Shown here: positions 61,250 through 64,000 of the stretch, one piece after another
How positions within the stretch are numbered: position 1 is the stretch's first letter
How the letters are laid out: each line of letters opens with the position of its first letter
NCBI GenBank assembly: GCA_963845145.1
Contig: CAWJQU010000005.1
Location: forward strand, 352,001 to 416,000
Reading direction: 5' to 3'
Length of the DNA stretch: 64,000 nt
DNA from: an uncultured delta proteobacterium
Lineage (GTDB): Bacteria; Desulfobacterota; Desulfobacteria; Desulfobacterales; QNYZ01
Program-made: the position numbers and the translations under genes
Notes under the pieces: model-generated
Told to the model about the DNA's origin: nothing
The model's database searches: none
Seen by the model: the letters and a program-made list of their open reading frames with translations, nothing else

Positions 61250-64000
61250 ATCTGCCGCGCTTCAGTGTCAATCGCCCCATTTTCACCGTGATGGTGACGC
61301 TGGTCTTTGTCATCCTGGGCGCCTTTTCCCTGAACAGATTACAAATCGACATGCTACCCGACATCGAGCTGCCCACCCTGAATATCAGAACGAACTACGA
61401 GGGGGCCAGCCCCGAGGTGATGGAGCGTTTGATCACGCAAATTGTCGAGGAGATCGTGGCCACGGTGCCGGGCGTCAAGGAGATCACATCCTCATCTTCG
61501 GAAGGTCGCAGCAACGTTCAGGTCAATTTTGTATGGGGCACCAAAATCGACACGGCGGCCATTGATGTGCAGGGCAAGCTCGAAGATGAGATCAATGAGC
61601 TACCGGATGATGTTGTCCGGCCACGCATTCGAAAATTCGATATCGCCAGTTTTCCGGTCGTCTTGCTTGGAATTTCCAGCAATTTAGATCCGGTGGAGCT
61701 CACGGAATTGATTGAAGTCCAGATCCGTTACCGGTTTGCCCGCATCCCGGATGTCGCTCAGGTCGATGTGTGGGGCGGCTTCCATCGAGAGGTCCGCATT
61801 GAGCTGGATCCCGACCGGATAAAGGCCGTCGGCTTGCCGCTGAACAGGCTGCTTGCATCCATTCGCGACGCCAACCTCGATTTGCCGACGGGCAAAATTG
61901 AACGGGGACGTTACGAGGTCACCCTACGCGCACCCGCCGAGTTTATCAGCCTTGATCAGATTCGGGACACAGTGGTCGCCCGTAAGGAAGGAGCCGTCAT
62001 CACCCTGGGCCAAATCGCCACGGTCAAAGACACATACGAAAAATTAACCCGAATTATCCGTGTCAACGGAGGGCGGGGCGTGCGCGTAGCGATCCGTAAG
62101 CAAGCCAATGCCAACACGGTGGAAGTATCCAAGCGTATTCTGGCTGAAATTGACGCAGTCAACCGGGCCTTTCCCCAGATAAAGGTCGTCCCGGTTATCA
62201 ACCAGGGCAACTTCATCGAGCGTTCCATTACCAATGTCGCCCGCTCGGTACTATACGGGGGTGGCCTGGCGATTGTCGTTTTACTATTTTTTCTGCGCAA
62301 CATTCGCAGCACACTGGTCATTTCCCTATCCATCCCGATCTCGGTCATTACCACCTTCGCCTTGATATTCTCCGGCGGCTTTACCCTCAACTTGATGACC
62401 CTGGGCGGTTTGGCTTTGGGGGTGGGCATGATGGTCGACAACTCCATCGTCGTGCTCGAGAACATATTTCGACGACGCAGTGAAATGGGCGAGTCCCCGC
62501 AACAAGCGTCGGTGGAAGGTGCCCGGGAGGTCGGTACGGCGATCATTGCCAGTACGATTACCACCCTGGTCATTTTTCTGCCGTTGATTTTTGTGCGCGG
62601 CGTCTCCGGGATACTCTTCCAGGAATTGGCCTATGTGATCATATTTTCGCTGATTTGTTCGCTGGTGGTCGCCATGAGCCTCGTTCCCATGCTCGCATCG
62701 CGGTTGTTATCTTCGAAGCGGCGTTCTCCCGAAAAATCGGCGGTACGATCAAACCGTTTGGCTGTCGTCGCCGGAAACTTTTTTTCCGGTCTGGAAAAAA
62801 TGTATCTCGATTTGCTCCGTTGGGCATTGACCCATCGCGCATTCACCGCACTTGCCTCCGCGGCCCTACTCGGCGCGAGTTTCTTTCTGTTACCCCTTAT
62901 CGGCAGTGAATTCCTACCCCCCAGCGATGAGGGCGAGGTTCGCGTGAGCGGTCAGATGGAGATCGGCACGAGGCTCGATTTGGTCGATCGGCAAACCCGC
63001 GTCATGGAACAAATTATTCACCCGGTTGTGCCCGAAGCTGTGGCGTCGGTGGTCAGCATCGGCGCTTCCGGCTGGCGGGCGGATGCAGGCGCGGAAGGTG
63101 AAATCAGGATGTCTTTAACCCCTGCCATTGAGCGCGGACGGTCCAATGTTGAAATCGCCCGGGATCTGCGGCATCGTTTGGAGGGAAAGGTACCCGGCAT
63201 GAAAATCCGCGTGCGGGCGCCTCAGGGTCAGTTTTTACTGGAACGGGTTCTAGGGGGAGAGGAGGGTTTGACCGTTGAGATTCGCGGTTACGATCTTGCA
63301 ACAATGGACATGCTGGCCGGAAAGGTTGAAGAGCTGATTGAGGATGTGCCGGGAATCACCGACGTACAGACCAGCCTTAAAGCCGGTGTTCCCCAACAGG
63401 AAATCCGGGTGAACCGCGATAGAGTCGCTGATCTCGGCTTAAGCCCGCGGGATGTCGCACAACTTTTGCAAACCGCCGTGGCCGGAACCAAAGCCGGCGA
63501 GTACCGGACCGGGGGAAACGCCTATCGCATCCTGGTTCAGCTCAAGGATGCCGAGAAACGTTCGCTGGACGAAATTCTCGACCTTACGCTGGCTTCGGCA
63601 TCCGGTGAAAAAGTGGCGCTGCGCAGCCTGGTGACAACCCATTCGAGTCGCGGTCCGGTTCTCATCGACCGAAAAAACCAGCAGAGAAGGGTGACCGTCC
63701 GCGCCAATGTCGCGGGACGTGATCTGGGATCCGTGGCCAAAGATGTAGATTTATTACTGGACCGGATTCCACGACCGGTTGGATATGATCTGATGGTGGC
63801 CGGCAATTTCGAAGAGCAGCAAAAGGCATCCCGAGAGTTGATCATCTCGCTCGGACTGGCGTTGCTCCTTGTATACATGGTATTGGCCTGTCAATATGAG
63901 TCCTTTCGGGATCCGCTGGTCGTCATGTTCTCCGTCCCCCTGGCAGCGGTGGGCGTTTTGACGACCTTGTTTATTACAAATACGACCCTTAATGTGCAAT
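61246..64000 (+). CDS. AcrB-family RND efflux permease (runs off window end; absent from ORF track)
   Basis: [14 protein letters not shown] start overlapping the MFP stop (ATGA); [28 protein letters not shown]. Confidence 0.92.
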   Translation, partial: MNLPRFSVNRPIFTVMVTLVFVILGAFSLNRLQIDMLPDIELPTLNIRTNYEGASPEVMERLITQIVEEIVATVPGVKEITSSSSEGRSNVQVNFVWGTKIDTAAIDVQGKLEDEINELPDDVVRPRIRKFDIASFPVVLLGISSNLDPVELTELIEVQIRYRFARIPDVAQVDVWGGFHREVRIELDPDRIKAVGLPLNRLLASIRDANLDLPTGKIERGRYEVTLRAPAEFISLDQIRDTVVARKEGAVITLGQIATVKDTYEKLTRIIRVNGGRGVRVAIRKQANANTVEVSKRILAEIDAVNRAFPQIKVVPVINQGNFIERSITNVARSVLYGGGLAIVVLLFFLRNIRSTLVISLSIPISVITTFALIFSGGFTLNLMTLGGLALGVGMMVDNSIVVLENIFRRRSEMGESPQQASVEGAREVGTAIIASTITTLVIFLPLIFVRGVSGILFQELAYVIIFSLICSLVVAMSLVPMLASRLLSSKRRSPEKSAVRSNRLAVVAGNFFSGLEKMYLDLLRWALTHRAFTALASAALLGASFFLLPLIGSEFLPPSDEGEVRVSGQMEIGTRLDLVDRQTRVMEQIIHPVVPEAVASVVSIGASGWRADAGAEGEIRMSLTPAIERGRSNVEIARDLRHRLEGKVPGMKIRVRAPQGQFLLERVLGGEEGLTVEIRGYDLATMDMLAGKVEELIEDVPGITDVQTSLKAGVPQQEIRVNRDRVADLGLSPRDVAQLLQTAVAGTKAGEYRTGGNAYRILVQLKDAEKRSLDEILDLTLASASGEKVALRSLVTTHSSRGPVLIDRKNQQRRVTVRANVAGRDLGSVAKDVDLLLDRIPRPVGYDLMVAGNFEEQQKASRELIISLGLALLLVYMVLACQYESFRDPLVVMFSVPLAAVGVLTTLFITNTTLNVQ

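Overview
Bacterial chromosomal segment whose gene content and repeats suggest a Desulfobacterales-like deltaproteobacterium (inference). From left to right it holds: (1) an MMPL/RND transporter fused to a histidine kinase with a response regulator, an MFS, redox genes, and cobO behind a cobalamin riboswitch. (2) A tRNA-Val/tRNA-Asp locus with four partial tRNA copies whose 17-nt anticodon arm is replaced exactly by a 20-nt TCCCG...CGGGA hairpin; one copy encodes the C-terminus and stop codon of a small GIY-YIG nuclease. (3) tig-clpP-clpX-lon with clustered single-base frameshifts, probably consensus errors, followed by tRNA-Leu and tRNA-Pro. (4) A 19-40 kb lipid/glycan region resembling a glycosphingolipid pathway (SPT, FabF, ACP, bCerS-like, CerR-like, several glycosyltransferases) with a DevBCA-TolC-type exporter in the same gene run. 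(5) A 38-50 kb patchwork of gene remnants, a GINT1-N-like propeller gene, and an IS inserted in a GT32 remnant. (6) A family of PilZ paralogs, an MFS, an HDOD protein, an old yellow enzyme and a TolC/MFP/RND efflux set. All calls come from motif recognition by eye; no searches were run.
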